From Gemmatimonadota bacterium (lineage in GTDB: Bacteria; Gemmatimonadota; Gemmatimonadetes; Longimicrobiales; Gaopeijiaceae), in NCBI GenBank assembly GCA_034521595.1, contig JAXHMG010000003.1:288001-352000 (forward strand): a stretch of 64,000 bases of DNA. The letters run 5' to 3'. The notes beneath the pieces are model-generated. The model saw only the letters and a program-made list of their open reading frames with translations, ran no database searches and was not told the origin of the DNA. Every line of letters begins with the position of its first letter. Position 1 is the first letter of the stretch. This document shows, in pieces, positions 10,057 through 20,529 of this stretch. The translations under genes and the position numbers were made by a program.

Positions 10057-11337
10057 ATGACCTCATTGCTGGACGAGCTCCGCTGGCGCGGGCTGCTCCA
10101 AGATGCCACACAGGGAGTCGAAGAGCATCTCGCGGAAGGCTCCCGGGTCGGGTATATCGGCTTCGACCCTACGGCCCGCAGCCTCCACGTGGGGTCGCTT
10201 CTGGTCATCATGGGTCTCGTCCACCTCCAACGGGCCGGGCACACGCCGATCGCGCTCGTGGGGGGAGGCACCGGCCTGATCGGTGATCCCTCGGGCAAGA
10301 CCGCCGAACGTCAGCTGTTGACCGCGGAGGCGGCTCGGGAGAACGCGGAGGCGATTCGGGCGCAGCTCGAGCGGTTTCTCGACTTCGGGGCCGTGTCGAA
10401 CGCGGCACGCATGCGCAACAACCTCGACTGGCTGGGGGGGCTCGGCCTGGTCGATTTCCTGCGCGACATCGGCAAGCACTTCTCCGTGAATCAGCTGATG
10501 GCCAAGGAGTCGGTGAAGCGTCGACTCGAAGGCGAGGATGCGGGGATCTCCTATACGGAGTTCAGCTACGCGCTCCTGCAGTCCTTCGACTTCCTGGAGC
10601 TCTACCGGCGGGAGGGGTGCACCCTCCAGATGGGGGGCAGCGACCAGTGGGGGAACATCACCGCGGGAATCGACTTGGTGCGCCGTGCCGACGGCGGGCG
10701 CGCGTACGGTGCGGTCATGCCCCTCGTGACCAACGCCTCGGGCGCCAAGTTCGGCAAGTCCGAGGGCGGGAACGTGTGGCTGGACCCCGACCTGACGTCT
10801 CCGTACGCCTTCTATCAGTTTTGGGTCAACGTCGATGACGCGGACGTCGTCCGGTACTTGAAGTACTTCACCTTGCTCGACCGGACCGAGATCGCCGCGC
10901 TCGCGGAGGCAGTGGAGCGGGAGCCCCACCGTCGGGCGGCTCAAAAGGCCCTCGCCGAGGACGTGACGCGGCGGGTCCACGGCGACTCCGGCTTGGCCGA
11001 TGCGGAACGGGCGACGGCGGCGCTGTTCGGGGGCAGCCTCGACGGTTTGTCGTCCCCCGAGATTCAGGAGATCTTCGCCGACGTTCCGTCGACCGGCGTG
11101 GCGCGTGCATCGTTCGAAGGCGACGGGAGGGCGCTCGTGGACCTTCTCGTCGAGGTCGGAGTGGCCAGCTCGAAGGGCGACGCGCGAAGAGCGGTCGAAG
11201 GGGGCGGAGTCTACCTGAACAATCGGCGGGTGGAGGCGGTCGATGCGCGGGTCGGCACGGAGGTGGCGATCGATGGGCGGTACGTGATCCTTCGCAAGGG
11301 AAAGCGTCGCTACCACGTCGTGGAGCTGCTCGGATGA
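10057..11337 (+). CDS. tyrS: Tyrosine--tRNA ligase
   Basis: YIGFDPTARSLHVG (HIGH), QMGGSDQWGNI, KFGKS, C-terminal S4 domain. Confidence 0.97.
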   Translation: MTSLLDELRWRGLLQDATQGVEEHLAEGSRVGYIGFDPTARSLHVGSLLVIMGLVHLQRAGHTPIALVGGGTGLIGDPSGKTAERQLLTAEAARENAEAIRAQLERFLDFGAVSNAARMRNNLDWLGGLGLVDFLRDIGKHFSVNQLMAKESVKRRLEGEDAGISYTEFSYALLQSFDFLELYRREGCTLQMGGSDQWGNITAGIDLVRRADGGRAYGAVMPLVTNASGAKFGKSEGGNVWLDPDLTSPYAFYQFWVNVDDADVVRYLKYFTLLDRTEIAALAEAVEREPHRRAAQKALAEDVTRRVHGDSGLADAERATAALFGGSLDGLSSPEIQEIFADVPSTGVARASFEGDGRALVDLLVEVGVASSKGDARRAVEGGGVYLNNRRVEAVDARVGTEVAIDGRYVILRKGKRRYHVVELLG

Positions 11338-11359
11338 CGCTCGCTCCGGGCTCGAGCCG

Positions 11360-12964
11360 GTGACGGGGTCCGGCGTGACGGGCGCTTCCGCGTCCGAGCC
11401 GGACGGGGGGGCCCACGACGGCTACGACATGATCGTCGTCGGATCGGGCATCGCGGGTCTGTACGCCGCGCTCGAGGCACCGGGCCGGGTGCTCGTCGTC
11501 ACCAAAGGGGCCATCGAGGAGGCCTCGACGCGCTATGCCCAGGGGGGGATCGCGGCGGCCGTCGGGCCCGGCGACGATCCTTCGCTCCATCTCGAGGACA
11601 CGCTGGAAGCCGGAGCGGGCCTCGTGGACGAGGAGGCCGCCCGGATCCTCTGCTTCGAGGCGGCCGACCGGGTCGCGGACCTCGTGCGGTACGGAGTGCG
11701 GTTCGACACCGCGGACGGCGAAGTCGAGCTGGGACGGGAAGCCGCGCACTCCAGGGCCCGGATCCTTCATGCCCGGGGCGATGCGACCGGCTTGGAGGTC
11801 GAGCTCTCGCTTTCGGCGCTCGCGCGGAGCCGGGGCACCGTCCTCGAGCATGCGCTCGCGAGCCGGATCGTGACGGAGGAGGGGCGGGTGCGGGGCGTGG
11901 AGGTGTTCTTCGAACGCGAGGGGCGGCATCGGTTCTACAGTGCGCCGGTCGTCGTGCTCGCAACCGGGGGGGCGGGCAGGATGTACCGGACCACCACGAA
12001 CCCTCCCGTCTCCACCGGTGACGGCGTGGCGCTCGCCTACGAGGCGGGAGCCGACATCATGGACATGGAGTTCACGCAGTTCCACCCGACGGCGCTGAAG
12101 CTTCCCGACAAGCCGGTCTTCCTGATTTCCGAAGCGGTCCGCGGGGAGGGCGCCCGCCTCTTCAACACCCGGGGCGAGCGCTTCATGCCGCGGTACGATC
12201 CGGAGCACTCCGAGCTGGCCAGTCGGGACGTGGTCGCGCGGGCGGCGCTTCGCGAGATGCTCGAGACGGAGAGCGACCACGTCCTGCTCGATGCCACGAT
12301 GCGGGACTCGGGGTGGTTGGCGGCCCGTTTCCCGAAGATCTACGCGACCTGCCTCGAGGCGGGCATCGATATGGCGCGGGACAGGATCCCCGTGTCGCCG
12401 GCGGCGCATTACACGATGGGCGGCGTTCGCACCAACACGTGGGGCGAGACGACCGTCTCGGGGTTGTTCGCGGTGGGGGAGGCCGCCTGCACGGGGGTGC
12501 ACGGGGCGAACCGGCTGGCGTCCAACTCGCTTCTCGAGACCGTGGTTTTCGCCCATCGAGCGGTGCAGCGGATCGTGGACCCTCCGCGGCCGACGCCCGC
12601 CCCGCTGGCGCCGGCGGGCGACGCCCATACCTTGCCTCGGGACGCGAAGGACGTGGAGGCGCCGACGGCACGGGACATCCAGGAGCTCATGTGGCGGGAG
12701 GTGGGCATCGTGAGAACGGGCGAGGGACTCGAGCGAGCGTCCGGGTGCCTGGGCGCGTGGGCCGTCGCCACCGACGAGGGTTCGGCGAGCCGCGAGGGCT
12801 ACGAGCTCCGCGCCATCCTGACGTGCGCGCGCCTGGCCACGGATGCGGCGCGTCGAAGGGAAGAATCGCGCGGGGCCCACTTCCGGTCCGACCATCCCGA
12901 GCCCGACGAGCGCTGGCGCCGTCACATCGTGTACCGGCGGGAGCCGCGTGAGGGAAGGGGCTAG
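11360..12964 (+). CDS. nadB: L-aspartate oxidase
   Basis: GSGIAG FAD motif, YAQGGIAAA, QFHPT, LISEAVRGEG, HGANRLASNSLLE. Confidence 0.93.
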   Translation: MTGSGVTGASASEPDGGAHDGYDMIVVGSGIAGLYAALEAPGRVLVVTKGAIEEASTRYAQGGIAAAVGPGDDPSLHLEDTLEAGAGLVDEEAARILCFEAADRVADLVRYGVRFDTADGEVELGREAAHSRARILHARGDATGLEVELSLSALARSRGTVLEHALASRIVTEEGRVRGVEVFFEREGRHRFYSAPVVVLATGGAGRMYRTTTNPPVSTGDGVALAYEAGADIMDMEFTQFHPTALKLPDKPVFLISEAVRGEGARLFNTRGERFMPRYDPEHSELASRDVVARAALREMLETESDHVLLDATMRDSGWLAARFPKIYATCLEAGIDMARDRIPVSPAAHYTMGGVRTNTWGETTVSGLFAVGEAACTGVHGANRLASNSLLETVVFAHRAVQRIVDPPRPTPAPLAPAGDAHTLPRDAKDVEAPTARDIQELMWREVGIVRTGEGLERASGCLGAWAVATDEGSASREGYELRAILTCARLATDAARRREESRGAHFRSDHPEPDERWRRHIVYRREPREGRG

Positions 12965-12968
12965 CGAC

Positions 12969-13853
12969 GTGTCTGGTCATCGAGCGCTCGTCGTGCAGGT
13001 CGAAGCCGTGCAGGGGTGGTTTCAGGAGTGGAGCTTGACGGGCAACGTCGTTCTGACCGCGCTCCTGGTTGCCGGTCTGCTGCTCGCCTACCGCTTGGCG
13101 CGCCGGACCCTGCGGGCGCGTCGGTGGATTACGTCGGAGGTGCGAAAGCGGTGGATCGTGATGGCGCGCAACGCGGCCATCCTGATCCTTCTCCTCGGGC
13201 TGGTGATCGTCTGGGCCCAGGAGCTCCAGACGCTGGCGCTCTCCCTCGTGGCGATCTCCGTCGCCCTGGTGATCGCGGTCAAGGAGCTACTCCTGTGCGT
13301 CGGAGGCGAGATCCTCCGCTCGAGCACGCGCCTCTTCACGGTGGGTAGCCGGATCGAGGTGAACGGGGTGCGGGGCGACGTGATCGACCTCAATCTGCTG
13401 ACCACCACGGTCATGGAGGTCGGGCCCGGCCACGCCGCCCACAAGTACACGGGGCGGGTGAGCCTCATTCCCAACTCGCTCTTTCTGACGTATCCGATTT
13501 ACAACGAGAGCTTCACCGAACCCTACCTTCTCCACACGTTCACCGTGGCCGTGCGCCCGGATGCCTGGTCCGAGGCGGAGCGCGCGATGAGCCGGGCGGC
13601 CAGGAAGGTGTGCGAGGAGTACCTGGACCGGGCACGCCGGCACATCGAGGCGTTGGGGGAGCGGGAGGGCCTCGGCACGCCCTCGACCGATCCCGACATC
13701 TCGCTGCGGATGCCCGATCCGGACCGGATGGAGCTCATCGTTCGCATTCCCGTCCCCATGCGGCGGAAGCACGAGGTGCAGCAGCAGATCCTGCGGCGCT
13801 TCTTCGAGCTCTTCGAAAAGAGCGGGAAGCTGCGGGCGCCGCCTCAGCCGTGA
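12969..13853 (+). CDS. MscS-family mechanosensitive channel
   Basis: N-terminal TM helices, FTVGSRIEVNGVRGDVIDL and IPNS motifs. Confidence 0.85.
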   Translation: MSGHRALVVQVEAVQGWFQEWSLTGNVVLTALLVAGLLLAYRLARRTLRARRWITSEVRKRWIVMARNAAILILLLGLVIVWAQELQTLALSLVAISVALVIAVKELLLCVGGEILRSSTRLFTVGSRIEVNGVRGDVIDLNLLTTTVMEVGPGHAAHKYTGRVSLIPNSLFLTYPIYNESFTEPYLLHTFTVAVRPDAWSEAERAMSRAARKVCEEYLDRARRHIEALGEREGLGTPSTDPDISLRMPDPDRMELIVRIPVPMRRKHEVQQQILRRFFELFEKSGKLRAPPQP

Positions 13854-13884
13854 GCTACGGCCGGGCGCTTCCGCGTCGCCTCAT

Positions 13885-15330
13885 CTACCGCAGCGGCCAC
13901 CCTTGCCGCGTCGTGAGCTCCGCCTCCAGGTCCCGGGAGGCGATGAGGCGGCCGAGGTGGGAGGCCTCGGCCGGATCGGCGTAGCCGCCGGCGTAGATCC
14001 GGTAGCGAACCGAGCGGTCCGTGTAGGTGACCCGGGCGAGCCGCGCGGGCACGCCTCGGTCCCGGACGCGGGCGAGCTCCCTCGTGGCCTCGTCGCGGGT
14101 CGACGCGCCGCCCAGGTCGAAGACGAGGTGGGTGCTTCGGACGATCCAGGAGGCGGCGTCTCCGCCCACGACGGAGGCGAGCTCGGAAGCGAGCGCCGTG
14201 GCGGATGCGGAGTCCGGGGCCAGGCCCGCCAACACGCGATGGTACACGATGCCGTCGACCTCGACCGGGGCGATGAAGCGGGCCACGTCGGGCGCGAGCT
14301 CGGCGAGCTCGTCCAGGTGGGCGCTGGCGCGGGCCGAGTCGCGGTAGGCCGCCAGCGCGACGGAGAAATCCGCCATGGGGGCGATCGGGTGGGGCGCATC
14401 GAAAGCGGTGGCCGCCTCAGCCACGGCGGCTTCCTCGTCCGCGCCCGTCGGGTCCGGGGCCGATGCGTCCACGTCCGGCCGGAGCGACAGCCAGGACGTC
14501 GCCGCGACGGCCACGACGATGAGGGCCGCCGTCATCACCGTGCGGCCCCGCGGACGTCGTCGCTTCCTCCCTTCTGGCGCGTGTTGGGCTTCCGCCCCTT
14601 CCGCCTCGTCGCTCGCGGGACCCGAGGCGTCGAACCCGAGCAGGGGCGCGGAGCCGGCGGGCTGGTGCCCCGTGGGATCGGGATCGGGCCGGGGGAGCGC
14701 CATCGGTCCGAGCACGGCGAGGACGGGGACGTCCGGGGGCAGGGGCCACGTCCGGGAGCCGTGCTGCTCCCGGAGCTCCACGACCTCGGTGGCGGGGGAC
14801 AAAACGTTTCCGAGCCAGGGGACGTCGGCGGCGACGTACGCGACGATCGTCACGCCGGCTTCGGCGAACGCGCGGCAGAACCGCATCCAGCGCTCCCGAT
14901 GGAAGGCGGCCGCCGGATCTTCCGGTGCGATTCCGGCCGGCACGCAGAACAAACGGCCGGGCTCGACGGTTCGTGTGGCGGCGTCCACGGTCTCGGCACC
15001 GGCCATGATCTCCGCCAGGCCGGGCGTGTTGTGCACTCCCAGCGTGTGGTGCAGGCGCGGCCGCGCCAGGCTCGTATCGACGAGGACGATGCGGGGCGTC
15101 GCTTGGTCGTCGAGCCAGGTCCGGGCCAGCTCGGCCGTCACCGATACGGCCCAATCGGAACGGGCCAGCTCCGTGGATGCGACGACCACCACCACCCGCC
15201 CGTCCGCCCGCTCCGCGGCGGGCAGGCTCGGCGCGTCGGCAGGGTCGAACGGCGTCCACGCCACGCCGGTGCCGGGCTGCGGCGTGCTGGGCTCCAGGCC
15301 GTTGGGGTTGACGTCGGGGGAGGTGGTCAA
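13885..15330 (-). CDS. Membrane protein with degenerate CpsD/CapB-like N domain and SPOR-like C domains
   Basis: IVLVD...PRLHHTLGV..TPGLAE; single TM helix; YHRVLAG/YRIYAG SPOR-like motifs. Confidence 0.6.
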   Translation of the reverse strand: MTTSPDVNPNGLEPSTPQPGTGVAWTPFDPADAPSLPAAERADGRVVVVVASTELARSDWAVSVTAELARTWLDDQATPRIVLVDTSLARPRLHHTLGVHNTPGLAEIMAGAETVDAATRTVEPGRLFCVPAGIAPEDPAAAFHRERWMRFCRAFAEAGVTIVAYVAADVPWLGNVLSPATEVVELREQHGSRTWPLPPDVPVLAVLGPMALPRPDPDPTGHQPAGSAPLLGFDASGPASDEAEGAEAQHAPEGRKRRRPRGRTVMTAALIVVAVAATSWLSLRPDVDASAPDPTGADEEAAVAEAATAFDAPHPIAPMADFSVALAAYRDSARASAHLDELAELAPDVARFIAPVEVDGIVYHRVLAGLAPDSASATALASELASVVGGDAASWIVRSTHLVFDLGGASTRDEATRELARVRDRGVPARLARVTYTDRSVRYRIYAGGYADPAEASHLGRLIASRDLEAELTTRQGWPLR

Positions 15331-15579
15331 TGGGTCGAGCGGACTTCGGCGGTCGGGACGTCGGCGGTGGCCGGATCGTCGTGATCGTCACCAATCTACC
15401 GGGAACGGCCGTGCCTGCCAGCGCTGCGGGCGCGTGGGGACCCGGGCCGGTGGCTTCCGTCCGGGCTGATCCGTTCATATCCTTTCAGGTACCGCCGTCC
15501 CGGTCAGGATCCGGGACGGCGGCTTGCTTTCTCCGGCCCTGCGCCGACTCCGGTCCGCGCTCGCTACACGAGGTGCTCC

Positions 15580-16074
15580 ATGCTGAAAGAGATCCGAGAG
15601 AAGATCGAGGGCGAGATCGAACGTCTGACGCACGAGCTCCAGGTGGAGCTGCCCGAGCGGATCAAGATCGCGATGGAGCACGGCGACCTGCGCGAGAACT
15701 CGGAATACAAATCCGCCAAGGAGCGGCAGTCGTTCGTGGAAGCGCGGCTGAATCATCTGACGTCACGGATGTCCGAGCTGTCGAAGATCGACGTCTCGGA
15801 GATGGCGTACGACAAGGTGGGATTCGGCTCACGGGTGAGCGTGCTCGATGTCGCGAACGACGAGGAGTACGAGTTCACCATCACGGCGGGCGACTTCATC
15901 GACCTCGACGCGGGACAGGTATCGCTGGCTTCCCCGATCGGTCAGGGGTTGATGGGGGCCGCCGAGGGAGAGGAGGTGACCGTGGAGCTCCCCGTGGGCG
16001 ACCGTCAGTACAAGGTGCTGGAGCTCCGCACTCTGCCTCAGCAGCTCGAGGACGGGTCGGAGGAGGAGGAATGA
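15580..16074 (+). CDS. greA: Transcription elongation factor GreA/GreB family
   Basis: HGDLRENSEY motif; SLASPIGQGL. Confidence 0.9.
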   Translation: MLKEIREKIEGEIERLTHELQVELPERIKIAMEHGDLRENSEYKSAKERQSFVEARLNHLTSRMSELSKIDVSEMAYDKVGFGSRVSVLDVANDEEYEFTITAGDFIDLDAGQVSLASPIGQGLMGAAEGEEVTVELPVGDRQYKVLELRTLPQQLEDGSEEEE

Positions 16075-16112
16075 CGCTGCCTCTTCCGTCGACCGGGTAG
16101 GCGCAGCCGCGC

Positions 16113-16802
16113 ATGGAGCGGACCCTGGCCGTCGACGTGCGCGCGGTTCGCAAGGGCTACCGAGAGGGGGACCGCGAGCACGTGGTGCTCGACGGCGTGG
16201 ACGCTTCGGTCGCCGCCGGCGAGCGGGTGGCGGTGCTCGGCCCGTCGGGATCGGGCAAATCCACGCTCCTGAACCTCATCGGAGGCATCGACCGACCCGA
16301 CGCCGGCACGATCCGGGTCGGTGGCGTCGATCTCACGGCCTTGCCGGAGCGGGACCGGACCGCGTTCCGCCGGGAGCACCTGGGCTTCATCTTCCAGTTC
16401 TTCAACCTGCTTCCGACCCTCACGGTGCTCGAGAACCTCCTCCTGCCCCTCGAGCTGAACGGAGCGTCGGGCCCGAACGAGACCGACCGCGCGCATGGGC
16501 TGCTGGACGCGGTCGGGCTGGCCGACCGGGCCGGCGCGTATCCGGACCGGCTCTCCGGGGGTGAGCAGCAGCGCGTGGCCGTGGCGCGTGCGATCGTGCA
16601 CCGTCCGCGGCTGGTGCTGGCGGACGAGCCCACGGGCAACCTGGACGAGGACACGGGGGAGACCGTGGTGGGGCTCCTCGACGAGTTGGTCGAACGGGAC
16701 GGTCTCAGCCTCGTGGTGGTCACGCATTCCCGCGAGCTCGCGGGACATATGGACCGCGTGCTCCGCGTCAGTCACGGCCGGGTGATCCCCGACGCCTCGT
16801 GA
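16113..16802 (+). CDS. ABC transporter ATP-binding protein (LolD/YbbA-like)
   Basis: GPSGSGKS, LSGGEQQR, LADEPTGNLD. Confidence 0.93.
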   Translation: MERTLAVDVRAVRKGYREGDREHVVLDGVDASVAAGERVAVLGPSGSGKSTLLNLIGGIDRPDAGTIRVGGVDLTALPERDRTAFRREHLGFIFQFFNLLPTLTVLENLLLPLELNGASGPNETDRAHGLLDAVGLADRAGAYPDRLSGGEQQRVAVARAIVHRPRLVLADEPTGNLDEDTGETVVGLLDELVERDGLSLVVVTHSRELAGHMDRVLRVSHGRVIPDAS

Positions 16803-19345
16803 AGCTCCTCACGCGGTCGAGCCTCCGCCACCTGGCGAGCCACCGCACGCAGCTCGTCCTGTCCGTGCTGGGGGTCGCGCTGGGGGTGGGCGTGGTGGTC
16901 GCGATCGATCTCGCGATCCAGAGCGCCCGGACCGGATTCGAGATCTCGGCCGAGACGGTGTCCGGACGGGCCACCCACCAGATCGTGAGCGACCTCGGAT
17001 CGGTGGACGAGGGGATCCTCCGGAAGCTGCGCGTGGACCTCGGCATCCGGCAGGCGGCTCCGGTCGTGGAAGCCGTCGGAGCGTCATCGCTCGTTCCGGG
17101 TCGCGCGTTGACCCTCCTGGGCGTCGATCCGTTCTCGGAGGGGCCGTTCCGGCCGTACGTCGCCGGCTCGGGCGGGGAGCTGGACGTGTCCGGTTTCGTG
17201 GCGACTCCGTACGCCGTGGTGCTGTCGTCCGAGACGGCCGAGGGCGCCGGGGTCGAGGTGGGCGACACCCTCCCGTTCACGCACGAGGGACGCGCCTACC
17301 CGTTGACGGTCGTGGGCACGCTCGAGCCGCAGGATCGTCTGGCTCGCATCGGGCTGAGCGACGTGCTGCTCGTGGATGTCGCCAGCGCGCAGGACCTGCT
17401 GGACATGAGCGGCCGGCTGAGCCGCATCGACGTGCGGCTTCCGGAGGGCGCGGAGGGCGAGCGCGCGGCGGAACGAGTGCGGAGATCGCTTCCGGACGGT
17501 GCCCGGCTCGAGACGGCCGGGACCCGTACCGAAGCCATGAGCGGGATGATCCGGGCGTTCGACCTGAACCTCACCGCGCTGAGCCTCCTCGCGCTGATCT
17601 TCGGGATGTTCCTCATCTACAACGCGATGACGTTCTCGGTGGTGCAGCGACGGGGCCTGCTGGGCAGGCTCCGGGCGCTCGGGGTGGGCCGGGGCGAGAT
17701 CGTGCGCATGATCCTGCGCGAGGCGTTCTGGATCGGCGCGGTGGGGGCGGCATTCGGGCTCGTGATCGGCGTCGTGCTCGGGCGGGGGTTGGTGCGCCTC
17801 GTGACCCGCACGATCAACGACCTGTACTTCACGGTCTCGGTGCAGGGCGTCGGCGTCGATCCGGGCGTGCTCGTGAAGGGTGCCCTGCTCGGGGTCGGCG
17901 CGACGGTGCTGGCGGCGCTTCCTCCGGCGTTGGAGGCCGCGTCGGTCTCGCCGAGGCTGGCCACGCTCCGGTCGGCCTCGGAGGAGCGAGCGCGCCGGGG
18001 TGTGCCCAAGGCCGCACGGGTGGGGGTGGTGCTCGGGGTCGTGGGAGGCGTGTTGATGGCGATTCCCTCCAGGAGCCTGCTGCTCAGCTTCACCGCGCTC
18101 TTCCTCGTGATCCTCGGCATGGCGCTGCTCACGCCCCTCGGCACCGTCGTGCTCGTCTCCGCCGCTCGCCCGCTGCTCCGGCGGCTGTCGGGGCTGCTCG
18201 GATCGATGGCCGCCCGAGGGGTGGTGACTTCCCTCAGCAGGACCGCGCCGGCCGTGGCCGCGCTGGTGATCGCGGTCTCGGTCACGGTCGGCCTCGGGGT
18301 CATGATCCAGAGCTTTCGCGGCACGCTCATCCAATGGCTGGACGGGACGCTGCAGGCGGACGTGTACGTCTCGGTGCCCGGTCCGAGGAGCGCGCGCGCC
18401 ACGGGGACGCTGGAGCGGGCGCTCATCGACACGGTGGTGACGCACCCCGACGTGGCCGGGCACAGCACGTATCGGGCGATCGACGTCGTGGTGCCCGAGG
18501 GTCCTTACCGTCTCGTGGCGCTCGACCTCGATCCCAGGGGGGAAGATGCGTTCGACTTCCTCTCCGGATCCCCGGACGCGGCGATGCGGGCGTTCCGGGA
18601 GGGTTCCGGCGTGATCGTTTCGGAGCCGTTCGCGTTCCGACGAGGGCTCGATGTCGGCGACTCCGTGTCGGTGCGGGGCTCGGCGGGAAGTCGGTCGCTG
18701 GAGATCGCCGGGGTGTTTTACGACTACGGGGCGGAGGAGGGGACGGTCATGATGGACCGGGAGCTCTACGATCGACTCCACGAGGACGAGGGGGTGACGT
18801 CGTTGGCGCTCTTCCTCGAAGAGGGCACGGACGCGGAGCGGGTGGTGGCCGAGCTGCTCGCCCGGGTCCCCGAAGGGCGAACCCTCACGGTGCGCACCGA
18901 CGGAGCGCTGCGGGAAGCGTCCTTGGCCGTGTTCGACCGAACCTTCCGCGTGACCGGAGTGTTGCGGCTTCTGGCATTCATCGTGGCTTTCGTGGGCGTC
19001 CTCAGCGCGCTCATGGCGCTCGAGCTCGAACGGGCGCGCGAGTTCGGCGTCCTGCGGGCGGTGGGCCTGACTCCGGATCAGGTGCGTCGCCTGGTCCTCA
19101 CCCAGACCGGATTGCTCGGGCTGGTGTCGGGCATCCTTGCCATCCCCGTCGGCCTGGTCCTTTCGTGGGTCATGATCTTCGTGGTGAACAAGCGGTCGTT
19201 CGGCTGGACGCTCGGCATGGAGGTGGGGCCCGAGGTGCTCGTGCAGGCCGTGGCGCTCGCGTTGGTGGGAGCGTTGGTGGCCGGCGTCTATCCGGCGTGG
19301 CGTCTGGCGAAGGCGGAGCCGGCGCTGGCGCTCCGGGGGGAATGA
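16799..19345 (+). CDS. FtsX/MacB-like ABC permease (duplicated domains)
   Basis: 848 aa; two LRALG/LRAVG FtsX motifs; overlaps ATPase stop. Confidence 0.9.
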   Translation: MKLLTRSSLRHLASHRTQLVLSVLGVALGVGVVVAIDLAIQSARTGFEISAETVSGRATHQIVSDLGSVDEGILRKLRVDLGIRQAAPVVEAVGASSLVPGRALTLLGVDPFSEGPFRPYVAGSGGELDVSGFVATPYAVVLSSETAEGAGVEVGDTLPFTHEGRAYPLTVVGTLEPQDRLARIGLSDVLLVDVASAQDLLDMSGRLSRIDVRLPEGAEGERAAERVRRSLPDGARLETAGTRTEAMSGMIRAFDLNLTALSLLALIFGMFLIYNAMTFSVVQRRGLLGRLRALGVGRGEIVRMILREAFWIGAVGAAFGLVIGVVLGRGLVRLVTRTINDLYFTVSVQGVGVDPGVLVKGALLGVGATVLAALPPALEAASVSPRLATLRSASEERARRGVPKAARVGVVLGVVGGVLMAIPSRSLLLSFTALFLVILGMALLTPLGTVVLVSAARPLLRRLSGLLGSMAARGVVTSLSRTAPAVAALVIAVSVTVGLGVMIQSFRGTLIQWLDGTLQADVYVSVPGPRSARATGTLERALIDTVVTHPDVAGHSTYRAIDVVVPEGPYRLVALDLDPRGEDAFDFLSGSPDAAMRAFREGSGVIVSEPFAFRRGLDVGDSVSVRGSAGSRSLEIAGVFYDYGAEEGTVMMDRELYDRLHEDEGVTSLALFLEEGTDAERVVAELLARVPEGRTLTVRTDGALREASLAVFDRTFRVTGVLRLLAFIVAFVGVLSALMALELERAREFGVLRAVGLTPDQVRRLVLTQTGLLGLVSGILAIPVGLVLSWVMIFVVNKRSFGWTLGMEVGPEVLVQAVALALVGALVAGVYPAWRLAKAEPALALRGE

Positions 19346-20529
19346 TGCGCGGTTCGACGCTCGCGATCGGCCTGATCGTCGGTGTGCTCTCGAGCGGCTG
19401 CGACGAAGCCGATTCGGGGAGGGTCCCCGCGGCCCGGCTGTCGCTGTCCGAGACGTTGGCGGGCGGCGATACGGCCGGCTATGAACGGGCGCGCGAGGTG
19501 CGGCGCTTCTCGTTCCCGCGCGATCACGGTGCCCACCCGGGCTTCCGCACCGAGTGGTGGTACGTGACCGGGAATCTCGAGACCGAAGCGGGCCGCCCAT
19601 TCGGGTTCCAGCTCACGATCTTCCGGAGCGCGCTCTCGCCGACGGAGCCGAGCCTCGCGTCGGCGTGGGCCACGAACCAGGCGTACATGGGCCACTTCAC
19701 CGTGACGGACGTCGAGGGCGGGAGGTTCCATGCCTTCGAACGGTTCGCGCGGGGCGGGGCGGGGCTGGCCGGCGCCCGTATGGTCGCCGCGCGGGACACT
19801 TCCGCCGCGCTGCGGGTGTGGGTGGAGGACTGGTCGTTGACGGGAAGCGCGGGAGGCTCCGGCTTTCCGATGCGGGCGTCGGCCGAGGACTCCGGAGTCG
19901 CGATCGATCTCCGCCTGGAAGCCGGGAAGCCCGTGGTGCTCCAGGGCGACCGTGGGCTCAGCCGGAAGGGCCCGGAGCCCGGGAACGCATCGTACTATTA
20001 CGCCCATACCCGAATGCCGGCGTCGGGCTCGCTCGTCGTCGAGGGTGATACCGTGGCCGTCGACGGCCTGGCGTGGATGGACCGGGAATGGAGCACGTCC
20101 GCCCTCTCGGGAGAGCAGGTCGGTTGGGACTGGTTCGCGTTGCAGCTCGACGACGGGTGGGACGTGATGGTCTACCAGCTCCGTCTCGCGGACGGGCGTC
20201 CCGACCCGCTGAGCGACGGGGTGCTCATCGATCCCGAGGGGGAGAAGACCCGGCTCGCGTGGGACGACGAGCTCACGTTGGAGGTCACGGAGCACTGGAC
20301 TTCGCCGATCGACGGGACCCGTTATCCCTCGGGTTGGCGGCTCTCGGCGCCGAATCGGGGACTCGATCTCACCGTGGAGCCGGTCCTCGACGACCAGGAG
20401 CTGGACCTGGCCTTCCGATATTGGGAAGGAGCGGTGCGCGTCCGCGGGACCGGCGTGGGGGGACGTCCCGTGGAGGGACGAGGCTACGTGGAGCTCACCG
20501 GGTACGCGGGGGACGTGCGCGACCGTTGA
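19342..20529 (+). CDS. Lipocalin-like / AttH (CrtC-like) lipoprotein
   Basis: FPRDHGAHPGFRTEWWY, WMDREW, GWDWFALQL, YWEG; lipobox SSGC. Confidence 0.85.
   Translation: MMRGSTLAIGLIVGVLSSGCDEADSGRVPAARLSLSETLAGGDTAGYERAREVRRFSFPRDHGAHPGFRTEWWYVTGNLETEAGRPFGFQLTIFRSALSPTEPSLASAWATNQAYMGHFTVTDVEGGRFHAFERFARGGAGLAGARMVAARDTSAALRVWVEDWSLTGSAGGSGFPMRASAEDSGVAIDLRLEAGKPVVLQGDRGLSRKGPEPGNASYYYAHTRMPASGSLVVEGDTVAVDGLAWMDREWSTSALSGEQVGWDWFALQLDDGWDVMVYQLRLADGRPDPLSDGVLIDPEGEKTRLAWDDELTLEVTEHWTSPIDGTRYPSGWRLSAPNRGLDLTVEPVLDDQELDLAFRYWEGAVRVRGTGVGGRPVEGRGYVELTGYAGDVRDR

Noticed and set aside
10868-12925. Long antisense/alternative-frame ORFs (also 17084..19600, 49045..51210, 49311..51896, 3058..4539 etc.)
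   Set aside because: Shadow ORFs of real genes in high-GC DNA; Arg/Pro-rich with no motifs.
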